From: a bacterium
Lineage (GTDB): Bacteria; Zhuqueibacterota; Zhuqueibacteria; Residuimicrobiales; Krinioviventaceae
Assembly (NCBI GenBank): GCA_963675755.2
Contig: CAXXMD010000003.1
Location: 1,568,001 to 1,632,000 of the forward strand
Direction: 5' to 3'
DNA length: 64,000 nt
Part shown: positions 29,960 through 42,422 of the stretch, in pieces
How positions within the stretch are numbered: the stretch's first letter is position 1
How the letters are laid out: each line of letters begins with the position of its first letter
The notes under the pieces: model-generated
What the model was told of the DNA's origin: nothing
Database searches by the model: none
The model's input: the letters and a program-made list of their open reading frames with translations, nothing else
Program-made: the position numbers and the translations under genes

Positions 29960-32644
29960 ATGAATTTATTTATGAAATATAGAACATTCTTTATTAATTA
30001 CTATAATAATTTTGCTGTAATTTTATTGTTTGTATTGATTTTTGCATTCAATTTGTACTCGCAAGAAAAAGTTGTTGAAACGTTTCGGCTGGATTATAAT
30101 GGAAAAATGATTGCCCCACCCCGAGCCATTATGCCTTACAGGGAAGTTAAAAGGCCTAGAATAGGCATTGCCTTGAGTGGCGGGGGAATGAGGGGAGTAG
30201 CTCAGATTGGTGTTTTAAAAGTCCTTGAGGGAAATGACATACCCATAGATTATATTGTGGGTACCAGTATAGGCGCGGTAATTGGCGGATTATATGCTTC
30301 CGGGTATACCCCTGATGAAATATGGGATATTACCCGTTCTTTTGACTGGGGGCAGGCACTTAATGATAACCCTGAACGTTCGAGTCAGTTGTTGGGAGAA
30401 AAACAAAAACGCAGCCGGGCCATCATCCAATTTCGACTGGAAAATATGAAGCTGGTATTACCCGAGGCGCTATCTCCGGGACAGAATTTAGGCGATTTTA
30501 TAACCAATTTGATTCTTAATGCTCCTTATCACAGTTATCAGTTTGATCATTTAAAAATTCCATTGCGAATCATTACCACAGATATTCTTTCAGGAACCAA
30601 AGTTGTTGTAGATCGGGGTGATCTTGCGGCAATGATTCGTGCATCCATATCGATTCCGCTGTTGTTTAATCCTGTCAAAAGTGACAGTTTACTGTTGGTC
30701 GATGGCGGTGTGTTGGACAATATCCCTGTTGATGTAACGCGAAGCACCGGTGCGGATATTGTTCTTGCTGTGAATACTACATCTCCGTTAAGAAAACAGA
30801 GTGATTTAATGGTCCCCTGGGAGATGGCTGATCAGGTTACAACCATTATGCAAATTCCTCATAACGAACAGCAATTAAATAATGCAGATTTTGTTGTATC
30901 TCTTGCGGATATATATAGTACTTCTGCCAATCAAAACAATGTTGACTCGTTGTATCAGGAAGGTATTCGCCGAGGCACTGCATTGCTTGCAGATATTCGG
31001 GCAAAATATAATGAGCTGGATAATCAGAAAAACAGAGAACGTTTGATATATGTGCATGAAATAAAAGTAAATGATGATTCTTTACTGCCATTCAATCTGA
31101 ATACATTGGCAAACCGGCATATTTCCGAACAGGAGATAATTGATGTGTTGGAAAAAGCCCATAATAGTGGATCATTCAGAGATGTTTATGCGGAATTGAA
31201 AAAACAGGATGATAAAACCGTACTGGTTTATACCTTTGAACCTTATCCTGTTCTTGAGCGAGTTTCACTGTTGGGGCAAACCACATTTCATGGTTCGGAA
31301 CTGCAAGCTATTTTTAGTCCGTTACTTTTCAAACCCATGAATCATTTTGAATGTACCCGTGCGCTTGAACAAATTATTGAAATGTATCGTGAAAAAGATT
31401 ATTCACTTGCTGAAATTTCCAATATTTCCTTTTCTAAAGAATCCGGTCATGCAATTATTACGATATCAGAGGGAAAAATCAGTTCGTTGAATTTTGAAGG
31501 TAACGAGCATGTAAGAGATTTTTTACTCTATAATGAATTTACATTGCATCCACAGGATATCTTTCAAAACAATCTTGCCAAAGCCGGCATTGAGAATATT
31601 TATGGGACCGGTTTGTTTAATTCGGTTTCGTTAAAAATTGTACCCGGAACATCAGGGTATCATTTAAATATTCGTTTACAGGAAAAAGCAACCAATGTAA
31701 TCCGATATGGATTCCGTTATGACGATGAGCGATGGGGACGTTCGTTTTTAGAATTTGCTGAAGAAAATATGTTGGGCGTAGGTAATGATTTGACTTTGCA
31801 TATGCAATATGGCGAACGTGATAAAAAGTTTGCTGCCGAGTACAGTATAGATCGAATTTTTAATACCTATTTTACTGCCAGATTTAATTTGTATAATAAC
31901 AATCAAAAGTTTTTTACATATGATAAAAGTGAAAGTATTGGAGAGTATTGGCGGCATTCTACAGGTGCCAATATTAATGTAGGTCAGCATATAGAACGTT
32001 TTGGTACCCTTTCCGGATTTTTTCGTGTTGAAGAAATTGATATTGATGCTGTTTCCGGTAATGATTATACAATAGACACGGGCGCTTTGACCATAAACAC
32101 GATCGGAATCAATTCCATTATTGATACACGAGATCGGATACCTTTTCCTCGTTCCGGGAAATTTCATGAATTTCAATACGAAGTGTCGACAGGAGATTTT
32201 TTAGGCTCTGATATTTCGTATTATAAAGTGTATAACCGGTTGTCTAATTATTTTACGTTGGCTGAACGACATACGTTTTCACCCTTGTTGTTCTGGGGAA
32301 CCTCCGATGTCTCTACTCCATATTCTGAACAGTTTCAGTTGGGTGGATTTGGATCATTTTATGGATTACGTGAAAATTCAATGCATGGACGGCATGTAAT
32401 ATTAACCAGTATGGAATACCGGTTGTTTATTAACACTTATTGGATGTTTGATACGTTTTTAACGTTGCGGTTTGATTTTGGGGCTGTTTGGGAAAAAGAT
32501 TTAATTATTAACGGCTCAGATTTTGTCAATGGCAGGGGCCTGGCATTATCATTTCAAACACCTATTGGCCCCTTGTCCATTGCATATGGTCAGGCAAACA
32601 CCCGTGACGAAAGAGTGTACATTTCAGCGGGATATGAATTTTAG
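29960..32644 (+). CDS. Patatin-POTRA-Omp85 fusion (PlpD-like, type Vd autotransporter)
   Basis: LSGGGMRG, GTSIG nucleophile, DGG; POTRA-like middle; FQLGG..YG and TPIGP..YISAGYEF barrel end. Confidence 0.88.
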   Translation: MNLFMKYRTFFINYYNNFAVILLFVLIFAFNLYSQEKVVETFRLDYNGKMIAPPRAIMPYREVKRPRIGIALSGGGMRGVAQIGVLKVLEGNDIPIDYIVGTSIGAVIGGLYASGYTPDEIWDITRSFDWGQALNDNPERSSQLLGEKQKRSRAIIQFRLENMKLVLPEALSPGQNLGDFITNLILNAPYHSYQFDHLKIPLRIITTDILSGTKVVVDRGDLAAMIRASISIPLLFNPVKSDSLLLVDGGVLDNIPVDVTRSTGADIVLAVNTTSPLRKQSDLMVPWEMADQVTTIMQIPHNEQQLNNADFVVSLADIYSTSANQNNVDSLYQEGIRRGTALLADIRAKYNELDNQKNRERLIYVHEIKVNDDSLLPFNLNTLANRHISEQEIIDVLEKAHNSGSFRDVYAELKKQDDKTVLVYTFEPYPVLERVSLLGQTTFHGSELQAIFSPLLFKPMNHFECTRALEQIIEMYREKDYSLAEISNISFSKESGHAIITISEGKISSLNFEGNEHVRDFLLYNEFTLHPQDIFQNNLAKAGIENIYGTGLFNSVSLKIVPGTSGYHLNIRLQEKATNVIRYGFRYDDERWGRSFLEFAEENMLGVGNDLTLHMQYGERDKKFAAEYSIDRIFNTYFTARFNLYNNNQKFFTYDKSESIGEYWRHSTGANINVGQHIERFGTLSGFFRVEEIDIDAVSGNDYTIDTGALTINTIGINSIIDTRDRIPFPRSGKFHEFQYEVSTGDFLGSDISYYKVYNRLSNYFTLAERHTFSPLLFWGTSDVSTPYSEQFQLGGFGSFYGLRENSMHGRHVILTSMEYRLFINTYWMFDTFLTLRFDFGAVWEKDLIINGSDFVNGRGLALSFQTPIGPLSIAYGQANTRDERVYISAGYEF

Positions 32645-32645
32645 G

Positions 32646-33419
32646 CTATCTGTTAGCCGACCTGTCCCGTTGCAGGTTCCACTGTACCCAATCGCTGTTT
32701 TCATCCGGATCTGATGCCGAAAAATCACCTGAATACGTAACTTGACCGTTTTTGTCGATCTGTACCTTTTGCATGTTTCTGACGATAATTGCCCATTCTT
32801 CCATACTTACTTCATGTGGACCTGGAATTTCGTGCGGGCCTTCAACCTCATAGGGTTCTATGGCTTTTGGCTGCACGGTTTTTGAATCGGGTGCGTTGGT
32901 AATGATTACCTCGCCATGATAAACTTTGAGTTCTGATGAAGAATCCTGATTCACGTTCATTCGCAAGGTTGTGCCTGTAATGGCAGCAGCAGTGATAGGA
33001 GTGCCAATTGAAAAAGACATGTTTTTAGGCTTTTTCTTGACGTTTGCCCAAAGATCACCTTCCTGAAGCGTGATCTTGGTTTCTCTTATCTGTTCTTTGG
33101 TTTCTTCATACAGTTTAAGAATGTCAATAGTGGTTTTTGGTGCCATGCGGATCTTGTCCAGGCTGGCAAGATCAAGTTCTGCACGGGATTGAGAAAAGGT
33201 TCTTACCCGCTCACCACCATTCACTTCCGTGTTTTGCTGTACATTTGTCCATTGCACTTCTGAAAGTCTTTGTTTCTTTGCAGAGCCCTCTACGTGGGTA
33301 ACAAGCCCTCTTTGTTGTTCTGTTGTTACCGAGAGACCTATACCAATACCGCAGAGTACCAGCGCTAAAACAAGAGCGCCTGTAATAAAATATTTTGGTT
33401 CGGTTATTACTTTTTTCAT
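32646..33419 (-). CDS. FecR-domain exported protein
   Basis: N-terminal TM; GERVRTFSQSRAEL, LQEGDLW, TPITAAAITGT, VYHGEV. Confidence 0.75.
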   Translation of the reverse strand: MKKVITEPKYFITGALVLALVLCGIGIGLSVTTEQQRGLVTHVEGSAKKQRLSEVQWTNVQQNTEVNGGERVRTFSQSRAELDLASLDKIRMAPKTTIDILKLYEETKEQIRETKITLQEGDLWANVKKKPKNMSFSIGTPITAAAITGTTLRMNVNQDSSSELKVYHGEVIITNAPDSKTVQPKAIEPYEVEGPHEIPGPHEVSMEEWAIIVRNMQKVQIDKNGQVTYSGDFSASDPDENSDWVQWNLQRDRSANR

Positions 33420-33440
33420 ACCAAAACTCCTTACAATGAC

Positions 33441-35876
33441 TTAGATCACCTTTTTGTTAGGAGAAATAATTACTACTCTTTGAATTTCGTCTTTTTGTGC
33501 CAGGTTTGCTATGGGAATTCCCTTGGTGGCGCGCCCCATAGGCTTGATCAATTTAATTTTCTGGCGTTTTACTTTACCTTTTTTGGTCATCATGATAGCT
33601 GTTTGCTTGTCTGTTACTTGAGCAATGCTGACAACAGTACCGGTTTTGTCACTGAGATTAAAGTTTTTAATACCCTTGCCCCCTCGTCCGATGGTACTAT
33701 ATTCGCGTAATGCGCTTTTCTTACCGAGGCCCAGGTTTGTTATAGATAACAAATATCCTTTTGGATCTGAAACGGTTATCATGTCTATAACAACATCGTT
33801 TTCATCTAATGTTATTCCCCTTACACCACCGGCAGTTATTCCCATGTCATCTCTCAGGTCTTTACCGGAAAAGCGTATTGCTTGTCCCAGTGATGATGCT
33901 ATGAGAATTTCTGCATCTTTGGGCGCCATAATGACAGAAACAAGCTCATCTTTATCTTTTAGTGACAGGGCATCGTTAGCACCTTCTTTGAGCTTTGAAA
34001 AAGTTGCAAGAGATGATTTTTTAACTTGGCCATCTTTTGTTACCATATAGATGAATCTGGCATCGTCTTCTTCAAATTTGCTGACTTCAAAGACATTGAG
34101 TACCTGTTCGTTTTTACCTAAACGTAACAGAGTCTTTAATGTGGTTTTGTTGTCAGATCCGTTGTTTAGCGGTATAAAGCTGCTTCTCACACCAAAAACT
34201 TTACCGCTATTGGTAAACATGAGCAGACTGTGGCTGTTTGTGGTTTTAAAATTGTATTCAATAAACTCTGATACATTTTCCGGTTTGATTTGGTCCTTGA
34301 CTGCTTCCGGATCAACCAATGAATGTTTGCTTATAAAGCCGGTATTGGTTATAGTGACCAGGGTTTCATCTTCTTTAATCAGCTCTGTCAGACTCTTTTT
34401 GGTGGGTTTTGCAAGTATCTGGGTACGGCGGGCATCACCGTAGGTTGCTTTGAGTTCAAGCAATTCTGATTTGATCAATTGCATTCTGCGGGGCTTGCTT
34501 GCTAACAATGATTTTAATTTTTCAATCAGTTTTATGAGCGCCAGGTACTCATCTTCAATTTTTTTGCGCTCAAGGCCGGTTAATCGCTGCAGACGCATAT
34601 CCAAAATAGCCTGTGCCTGAATTTCAGAAAGCTTGAAGCGTTTAATCAGGTTTTTACGAGCTGTTTCAACATTTCTGGATTTTTTGATGAGTTCAATTAT
34701 TTCATCAATGTTGTCGAGAGCAATTTTTAAACCTTCCAGAATGTGAGCACGTTTTTCTGCCTTGTCGAGGTCGAATTTGATACGACGTAAAACCACATCA
34801 TGACGAAAGTCAATAAATTCCTGTAACAGTTCTTTCATGTTCAACACTTTGGGTTGACCGTCAACCAGTGCCAACTGAATGACGCCAAAGGTTGTCTGCA
34901 TTTGTGTGTGTTTGAACAGATCTTTGAGAATTTTGTCAGGATTTGCTTCTTTGCGAAGTTCGAAAACAATACGCATTCCTTCGCGATCTGATTCGTCACG
35001 AATTTCCTGAATGCCTTCAATCTTTTTCTCTCTAATCAGACTGGCGGTTTTTTCAAGCAAGGTGCTTTTGTTTACCTGGTAAGGGATCTCGGTTACTACA
35101 ATCCGTTTGCGTTGAGTAGAACCCATATCTTCAATATGTACTCTTGCACGGACTGTCAGCTTTCCGCGTCCGGTTTTAAAATAAGAATCAATTTCTTCGT
35201 CACCTACAATTACAGCGCCTGTGGGGAAATCCGGACCTTTTATATACTCTTTGAGTTTTTTTGGTTTTAAAGTGGGTCTGGAGATCAATGCGGATATTGC
35301 ATCAATGACTTCGCCAAGGTTATGTGGGGCCATGTTGGTAGCCATTCCTACAGCAATACCGGCGGCTCCATTCACAAGCAATGTGGGCAACAGTGACGGT
35401 AAAAGAGAGGGTTCTTTTAAGGTTTCATCAAAGTTGGGTGTAAAGTTTACGGTATCTTTTTCAATATCTCTTAAAACTTCATCTGCAATTTTTGCTAATC
35501 TGGCTTCTGTATAACGCATGGCCGCGGGTGGGTCACCGTCTATGGATCCAAAGTTACCTTGTCCGTCAACAAGAGGGTAGCGCAAAGAAAAGTCTTGTAC
35601 CATACGTGCCATGGTGTCATATACTGCTCTATCACCATGCGGGTGGTATTTACCCAAAACTTCACCCACAATTCTGGCGCTTTTTTTATAAGAAGAACCA
35701 GGTCTAAGCCCCAGATCAAGCATACCATATAATACCCTGCGATGCACGGGTTTTAATCCGTCGCGAACATCCGGCAACGCACGGGATATAATCACCGACA
35801 TGGAATAGTCGATGTAGGAACTACGCATTTCTTCTTCTATATAGACCCGTTGAATGGATTCATTCGTTTCTGGCAT
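33441..35876 (-). CDS. gyrA: Type IIA topoisomerase A subunit (gyrase A, atypical CTD)
   Basis: [26 protein letters not shown] catalytic Tyr; downstream of gyrB in the dnaA operon; canonical GyrA-box absent. Confidence 0.88.
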   Translation of the reverse strand: MPETNESIQRVYIEEEMRSSYIDYSMSVIISRALPDVRDGLKPVHRRVLYGMLDLGLRPGSSYKKSARIVGEVLGKYHPHGDRAVYDTMARMVQDFSLRYPLVDGQGNFGSIDGDPPAAMRYTEARLAKIADEVLRDIEKDTVNFTPNFDETLKEPSLLPSLLPTLLVNGAAGIAVGMATNMAPHNLGEVIDAISALISRPTLKPKKLKEYIKGPDFPTGAVIVGDEEIDSYFKTGRGKLTVRARVHIEDMGSTQRKRIVVTEIPYQVNKSTLLEKTASLIREKKIEGIQEIRDESDREGMRIVFELRKEANPDKILKDLFKHTQMQTTFGVIQLALVDGQPKVLNMKELLQEFIDFRHDVVLRRIKFDLDKAEKRAHILEGLKIALDNIDEIIELIKKSRNVETARKNLIKRFKLSEIQAQAILDMRLQRLTGLERKKIEDEYLALIKLIEKLKSLLASKPRRMQLIKSELLELKATYGDARRTQILAKPTKKSLTELIKEDETLVTITNTGFISKHSLVDPEAVKDQIKPENVSEFIEYNFKTTNSHSLLMFTNSGKVFGVRSSFIPLNNGSDNKTTLKTLLRLGKNEQVLNVFEVSKFEEDDARFIYMVTKDGQVKKSSLATFSKLKEGANDALSLKDKDELVSVIMAPKDAEILIASSLGQAIRFSGKDLRDDMGITAGGVRGITLDENDVVIDMITVSDPKGYLLSITNLGLGKKSALREYSTIGRGGKGIKNFNLSDKTGTVVSIAQVTDKQTAIMMTKKGKVKRQKIKLIKPMGRATKGIPIANLAQKDEIQRVVIISPNKKVI

Positions 35877-35902
35877 AGATGGATATTTCCTTTCACATCA
35901 TT

Positions 35903-38115
<2,213 letters not shown>

Positions 38116-38116
38116 A

Positions 38117-39244
38117 TTATTGTGTCCGGGTTACGTTGCCGTTACTTACTAAAAAAACAGATTGATCTTTTTGTATGGCATCCAGGGATTTTATTGCTTC
38201 ATAATCCATACTGGTACCGGTTACAAAAGTTTGGCTTTTGCCAGAAAATAACGATAACACACTTTTACCACGATTTATGTCCAGTTCAGAATAAAGATCA
38301 TCTAACAACAGAATGGGCAAGGTACCGGTTTTTTCTTTTAATAAAACCGATTCTGCCGCTTTCAGGCTCACCAGTGCGCTTTTATGTTCACCGCGAGAGC
38401 CAAATCTTCTCAGTTCATTGTCATTTACGGATATAACAAATTCATCACGATGTGGTCCTACCAATGTAGTGCCCCTGCGTCTTTCCCGGTCAAAGGATTT
38501 TAAAAGCATATTGTTAAAAGTTAAAGTATTGTCACTATTTTCAGTTAATGGTACGCAGGGTTGGTATGTTACTTTTAGATCATGATTAGAACGGGTAAGG
38601 TCCTGATAAAATTGAAAAAGGTTTGAGTTCATATCCCGGGTCATTTTTTCTCGAGCTTCCATAACTTTCAAGCCTGTTTGGACCAGTTGATCGTTCCAGA
38701 TCTCCAACTGCGATTTACTGACACTTTTACCGGTCTGAAACAGGGTAAGGACCTGGTTCCGTTGTTTTACGATCCGTTCATATTTTTTTAAATCATCCAG
38801 GTAGCGTGGAGAGCATTGAGACAACAGAATGTTGAAAAATTTTCTGCGTTGAGCGGGGGCACCGGTGGTTACCACGTGGTCATCAGAAGTAAGCGCCACT
38901 ATTGGAAACTTGCCGATGAGCAATGAATACCGGGTTACAGGTTTTCCATCTACTTTGATCTTTTTTCCCAGATCTTTTGAATACCACACCTGAATTTTGC
39001 TGGATATGGAATTTTCATCAGTAAAGGTGCCGTCAAAGTTGTAATGATCTTCTTCGAATGGCACCATTTCCGTCTCTTCACGTGCACGAAAACTTTTTGC
39101 AAGGCAAAGTATATATATTGCTTCTGCTATATTGGTTTTGCCTTGCGCGTTGTCACCAAAAATGAAATTGGTGTTATCTGAAAAACTCAAATCTACCTGG
39201 TGCAAATTACGAAAACTGTGGATGTTGAGGTGCTGAATCAGCAT
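38117..39244 (-). CDS. recF: DNA replication and repair protein RecF
   Basis: FRNL, GDNAQGKTN, GPHRDE, GSRGE, LLLDDLYSELD. Confidence 0.96.
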   Translation of the reverse strand: MLIQHLNIHSFRNLHQVDLSFSDNTNFIFGDNAQGKTNIAEAIYILCLAKSFRAREETEMVPFEEDHYNFDGTFTDENSISSKIQVWYSKDLGKKIKVDGKPVTRYSLLIGKFPIVALTSDDHVVTTGAPAQRRKFFNILLSQCSPRYLDDLKKYERIVKQRNQVLTLFQTGKSVSKSQLEIWNDQLVQTGLKVMEAREKMTRDMNSNLFQFYQDLTRSNHDLKVTYQPCVPLTENSDNTLTFNNMLLKSFDRERRRGTTLVGPHRDEFVISVNDNELRRFGSRGEHKSALVSLKAAESVLLKEKTGTLPILLLDDLYSELDINRGKSVLSLFSGKSQTFVTGTSMDYEAIKSLDAIQKDQSVFLVSNGNVTRTQ

Positions 39245-39253
39245 TCACAGCTC

Positions 39254-40414
39254 TTATTCTTCATTTTCCTCAGTTTCCCCTTCTTCTTCGGGTGTTTCTT
39301 CATTAATCCGAATGGGCATGATCAGCATAAGAACATCTTCATCTTCTTTCTGATTCGCGGGGGAAACTACAGCCGCACTTGAGCTGTCTTTGAGCTTAAA
39401 AAGAACTTCTTTATCGTCAATATGACGTAAAACATCCAGCACGTATGCTGAATTATAGCCTACCTGCATCCATTCATCGCTAAATGAGGCTGGTATAGAT
39501 TCTTTAGCTTCTGCGCCAAATTCTATATCTTCAGAATGGATGGTGATTTCTGTTGGGGTTAGAACAAATCTAACCTGGTTGGTTAAAGAGCTTGAGAAAA
39601 TGGATACACGGCGCAGGGTAGAGATCAAAAGATCGCGATCTACCTTGAGCTCTTTATCATTGTCTGTTGGAATCACACGTTCATAATTGGGATATGTTCC
39701 GGTAATTAATTTAGAATATATAATGGTATTGTTGAATTCAAATTGAATGTGGTCTTCGCCAACCTGTATTTTTACTGGCTGTTCGCTGTTAAGGTTGCGT
39801 GACATAACATTCAGCGCTTTGGTTGGAATAATGATATTTAATTGGGTGTCGCCTGAAACACCGGTGTTTTTGTTAATAACCCGTGATAAACGGTGACCAT
39901 CAGTACCTACCAAAGTCATGCCGGTTGCCAGCATTTCCATATTAATACCAGTTAACGCTGGTCGTAATTCATCGTTTGAAACAGCAAACAATGTTTTGTC
40001 TGTCATGCGTGTCAAAAGCTCGCTGTCAATTTCAAAAGAAACATCACCCTCTTCTACATTGATACGGGGATAGTCTTCTTTTGGCTGAGAGGATATTTTA
40101 TATTCACCTTGTTCTGTTTTGATAACGATTTTGTCACCGATGCCGGAAAAAAGGTTCAATGGAACATCGGGCAGTTCGCGAACAATTTCAATCAACAGTT
40201 TCGCCGGGATGGCTACAGTACCATCCTCTTCGCCATTAACATCCAGAGATATAGTTACAGAAACTTCCAGGTCAGTACCGGTCAGGCGTAAACGGTTGCC
40301 TTCCAGTTCCATCAGAACACAAGTCAAAACAGAGATGGTTGTTTTTTGCGGTACAACTCCTACCATTTTATGTAATGCGTCGTAAAAGTCAGACTTGGCG
40401 ATGGTAAAGTTCAT
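39254..40414 (-). CDS. dnaN: DNA polymerase III beta sliding clamp
   Basis: GTDLE, RPALTG, TDGHRL, YPNYERVIP, LIMPIR; acidic tail. Confidence 0.97.
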   Translation of the reverse strand: MNFTIAKSDFYDALHKMVGVVPQKTTISVLTCVLMELEGNRLRLTGTDLEVSVTISLDVNGEEDGTVAIPAKLLIEIVRELPDVPLNLFSGIGDKIVIKTEQGEYKISSQPKEDYPRINVEEGDVSFEIDSELLTRMTDKTLFAVSNDELRPALTGINMEMLATGMTLVGTDGHRLSRVINKNTGVSGDTQLNIIIPTKALNVMSRNLNSEQPVKIQVGEDHIQFEFNNTIIYSKLITGTYPNYERVIPTDNDKELKVDRDLLISTLRRVSIFSSSLTNQVRFVLTPTEITIHSEDIEFGAEAKESIPASFSDEWMQVGYNSAYVLDVLRHIDDKEVLFKLKDSSSAAVVSPANQKEDEDVLMLIMPIRINEETPEEEGETEENEE

Positions 40415-40508
40415 GGTGCCTCCTTAACAAAATGAAAAACTGTAAAAAAATAATACTTTTCTTTGTAAATAACAAGAAAATAATATTATAGAGCAGTTTA
40501 TAAACGTG

Positions 40509-41858
40509 TTATAATTGAGCAATTTCAATTTTATTTTTTATCGTTTCCAGAGATTCTCTGATTTTATTGTCTTTTTTTATCATTTCTTCTGTACTGGTAA
40601 TGGCGTGGATCACCGTGCTATGATCTCTGCCGCCAAAATGCAAGCCTATGGTTTTTAATGAGCTGTCTGTCATGTTTTTGCACAAATACATGGCCATCTG
40701 GCGTGCTTGTACCACTTCTTTTTTGCGTGTCTTTGCGCGCAGCATATCATCCGGAATACCAAAATATTCGGATGTGGTTTTTTGAATAAACTCGATGCTA
40801 ATGGCTTTGATCTTGGGAATACAAACATCTTTTAGCAGGCTTTTGGCAAGATCAAGAGTAATATCCTGCCCGTTCAGGGATGAATAGGCCAACAAGCGAA
40901 TAAGGGCGCCTTCAAGTTCTCTAACATTTGTTGTTATATGTGTGGCGATAAAATGATAGATTTCTGGAGGAATGTCTAATCCGTTTTCTTCTGCTTTTTT
41001 TTGAAGAATAGCCTGGCGGGTTTCCATTTCCGGAAGTTGGATATCTACTACCAAACCCCATTGGAAACGGGAAATCAAACGTTCTTCAATGCCTTTTAAT
41101 TCTTTTGGGGGCCGGTCAGAAGATAGTACAATCTGTTTGCCTTTTTGGTGTAGGGTGTTGAAGGTGTGGAAAAACTCTTCTTGTGTTCGCTCCTTGTTGC
41201 CAAAAAACTGGATGTCGTCAACAATCAATAGATCAACGTTGCGGTAAAGGCTGCTGAATTCTGTTGTTTTGTTTTTTTGGATCGAGTTGATGAAATCCAT
41301 GGTAAAACGCTCACTATCAACATACAACACACGTGTGGCGTTTGTGTTGTATTTGCAATAGTTGCCTATTGCCTGAATAAGGTGTGTTTTTCCCAGACCT
41401 ACACCACCATAAACCACAAGTGGATTAAAGGTGGTTTTACCCGGTGATTTGCTAACCGCAAAGGATGCGGCTTTGGCAAATTTGTTGCAATCTCCTTCCA
41501 CAAAGCTGTCAAAGGTAAAACGTTCGCTCAGGTTGTCTTTGCCATTATGTGATTTTTGGGGAGCGGTTTTTTTCATGGACGGCAGTTGAACAGCCTGGGT
41601 TGCGGAATCCATAATCACGGAATAGAGCAGTTTGTAATCTGCTCCTAATACCTGAGTCATAGCCCGATTGATTACTTTGGAGTAGTGTTGTTCCAGCCAT
41701 TCATAAAAGAATTGGCTGGGTACCTGGATGGTTAAAGCGTGCTCCTCAATTTTAAAAGGACGAATCGGTTTAAACCAGGTTGCATAGCTGTTAGAGTTGA
41801 CGTTTTCTTTAATGATGCCCAGGATCTTGTCCCAGGTGGCTTGTAAATCTCCCTGCAT
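40509..41858 (-). CDS. dnaA: Chromosomal replication initiator DnaA
   Basis: GGVGLGKTHL, DDIQF, RLISRF, NVRELEGAL, FGGRDHSTVIHA; start placed at MQGD. Confidence 0.97.
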   Translation of the reverse strand: MQGDLQATWDKILGIIKENVNSNSYATWFKPIRPFKIEEHALTIQVPSQFFYEWLEQHYSKVINRAMTQVLGADYKLLYSVIMDSATQAVQLPSMKKTAPQKSHNGKDNLSERFTFDSFVEGDCNKFAKAASFAVSKSPGKTTFNPLVVYGGVGLGKTHLIQAIGNYCKYNTNATRVLYVDSERFTMDFINSIQKNKTTEFSSLYRNVDLLIVDDIQFFGNKERTQEEFFHTFNTLHQKGKQIVLSSDRPPKELKGIEERLISRFQWGLVVDIQLPEMETRQAILQKKAEENGLDIPPEIYHFIATHITTNVRELEGALIRLLAYSSLNGQDITLDLAKSLLKDVCIPKIKAISIEFIQKTTSEYFGIPDDMLRAKTRKKEVVQARQMAMYLCKNMTDSSLKTIGLHFGGRDHSTVIHAITSTEEMIKKDNKIRESLETIKNKIEIAQL

Positions 41859-41979
41859 ACGGCTTTCCGTTGTTTTATGTTCAGCAAATACAGTGCATTG
41901 TGTTGTCTGATTTTGTTTTGGGTTTAGGATATCAACATATAGGCTGATCAAGACGACAACACACAATTATATAAGGAAA

Positions 41980-42420
41980 AATGAGTTATCCACACAAATT
42001 TTGATTTATCCACATTGGTGCCGGACTGATCGTGCTTTGTGTAACTTGCATTTAATCATCAAGTTAATGCTTGAAATTTTCAACTTATCCACATTGGCCA
42101 TTTTCCAAAGCGAGGACTAATTACCCAGGCAAAATTAGGTAATATGGGTTATCCACATGTTATTATGGGGGATCCTCTCTTATTAACTTACACAAAAGGA
42201 AAAGTAATTTCAAGTTTTAAAATGAAAAATTCGTAAATTTCTTAAAATTTTATTAACAAGAGAATTCTTTTGTGTTAACATTTGTTTTGTAAATACAAAA
42301 CTGTGTACACAAAAAAGTAATTATTATTTAAGTGTTGCATATTTTTGTAATAATTTGTATATTAAAAACTTTGTGTATTAACTATAAATAATTATAACCC
42401 TAAATTTTACAAAGAGTTAG
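41980..42420. other. Probable replication origin oriC
   Basis: Perfect TTATCCACA at 41986, 42006, 42085 and 42149, then a ~240-bp very AT-rich tract; divergent genes on both sides; adjacent to dnaA. Confidence 0.8.
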
Positions 42421-42422
42421 AG

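Noticed and set aside
42160-42420. Search for a short rpmH ORF opposite dnaA
   Set aside because: No MKRTxQP-like frame found; region is AT-rich and stop-laden
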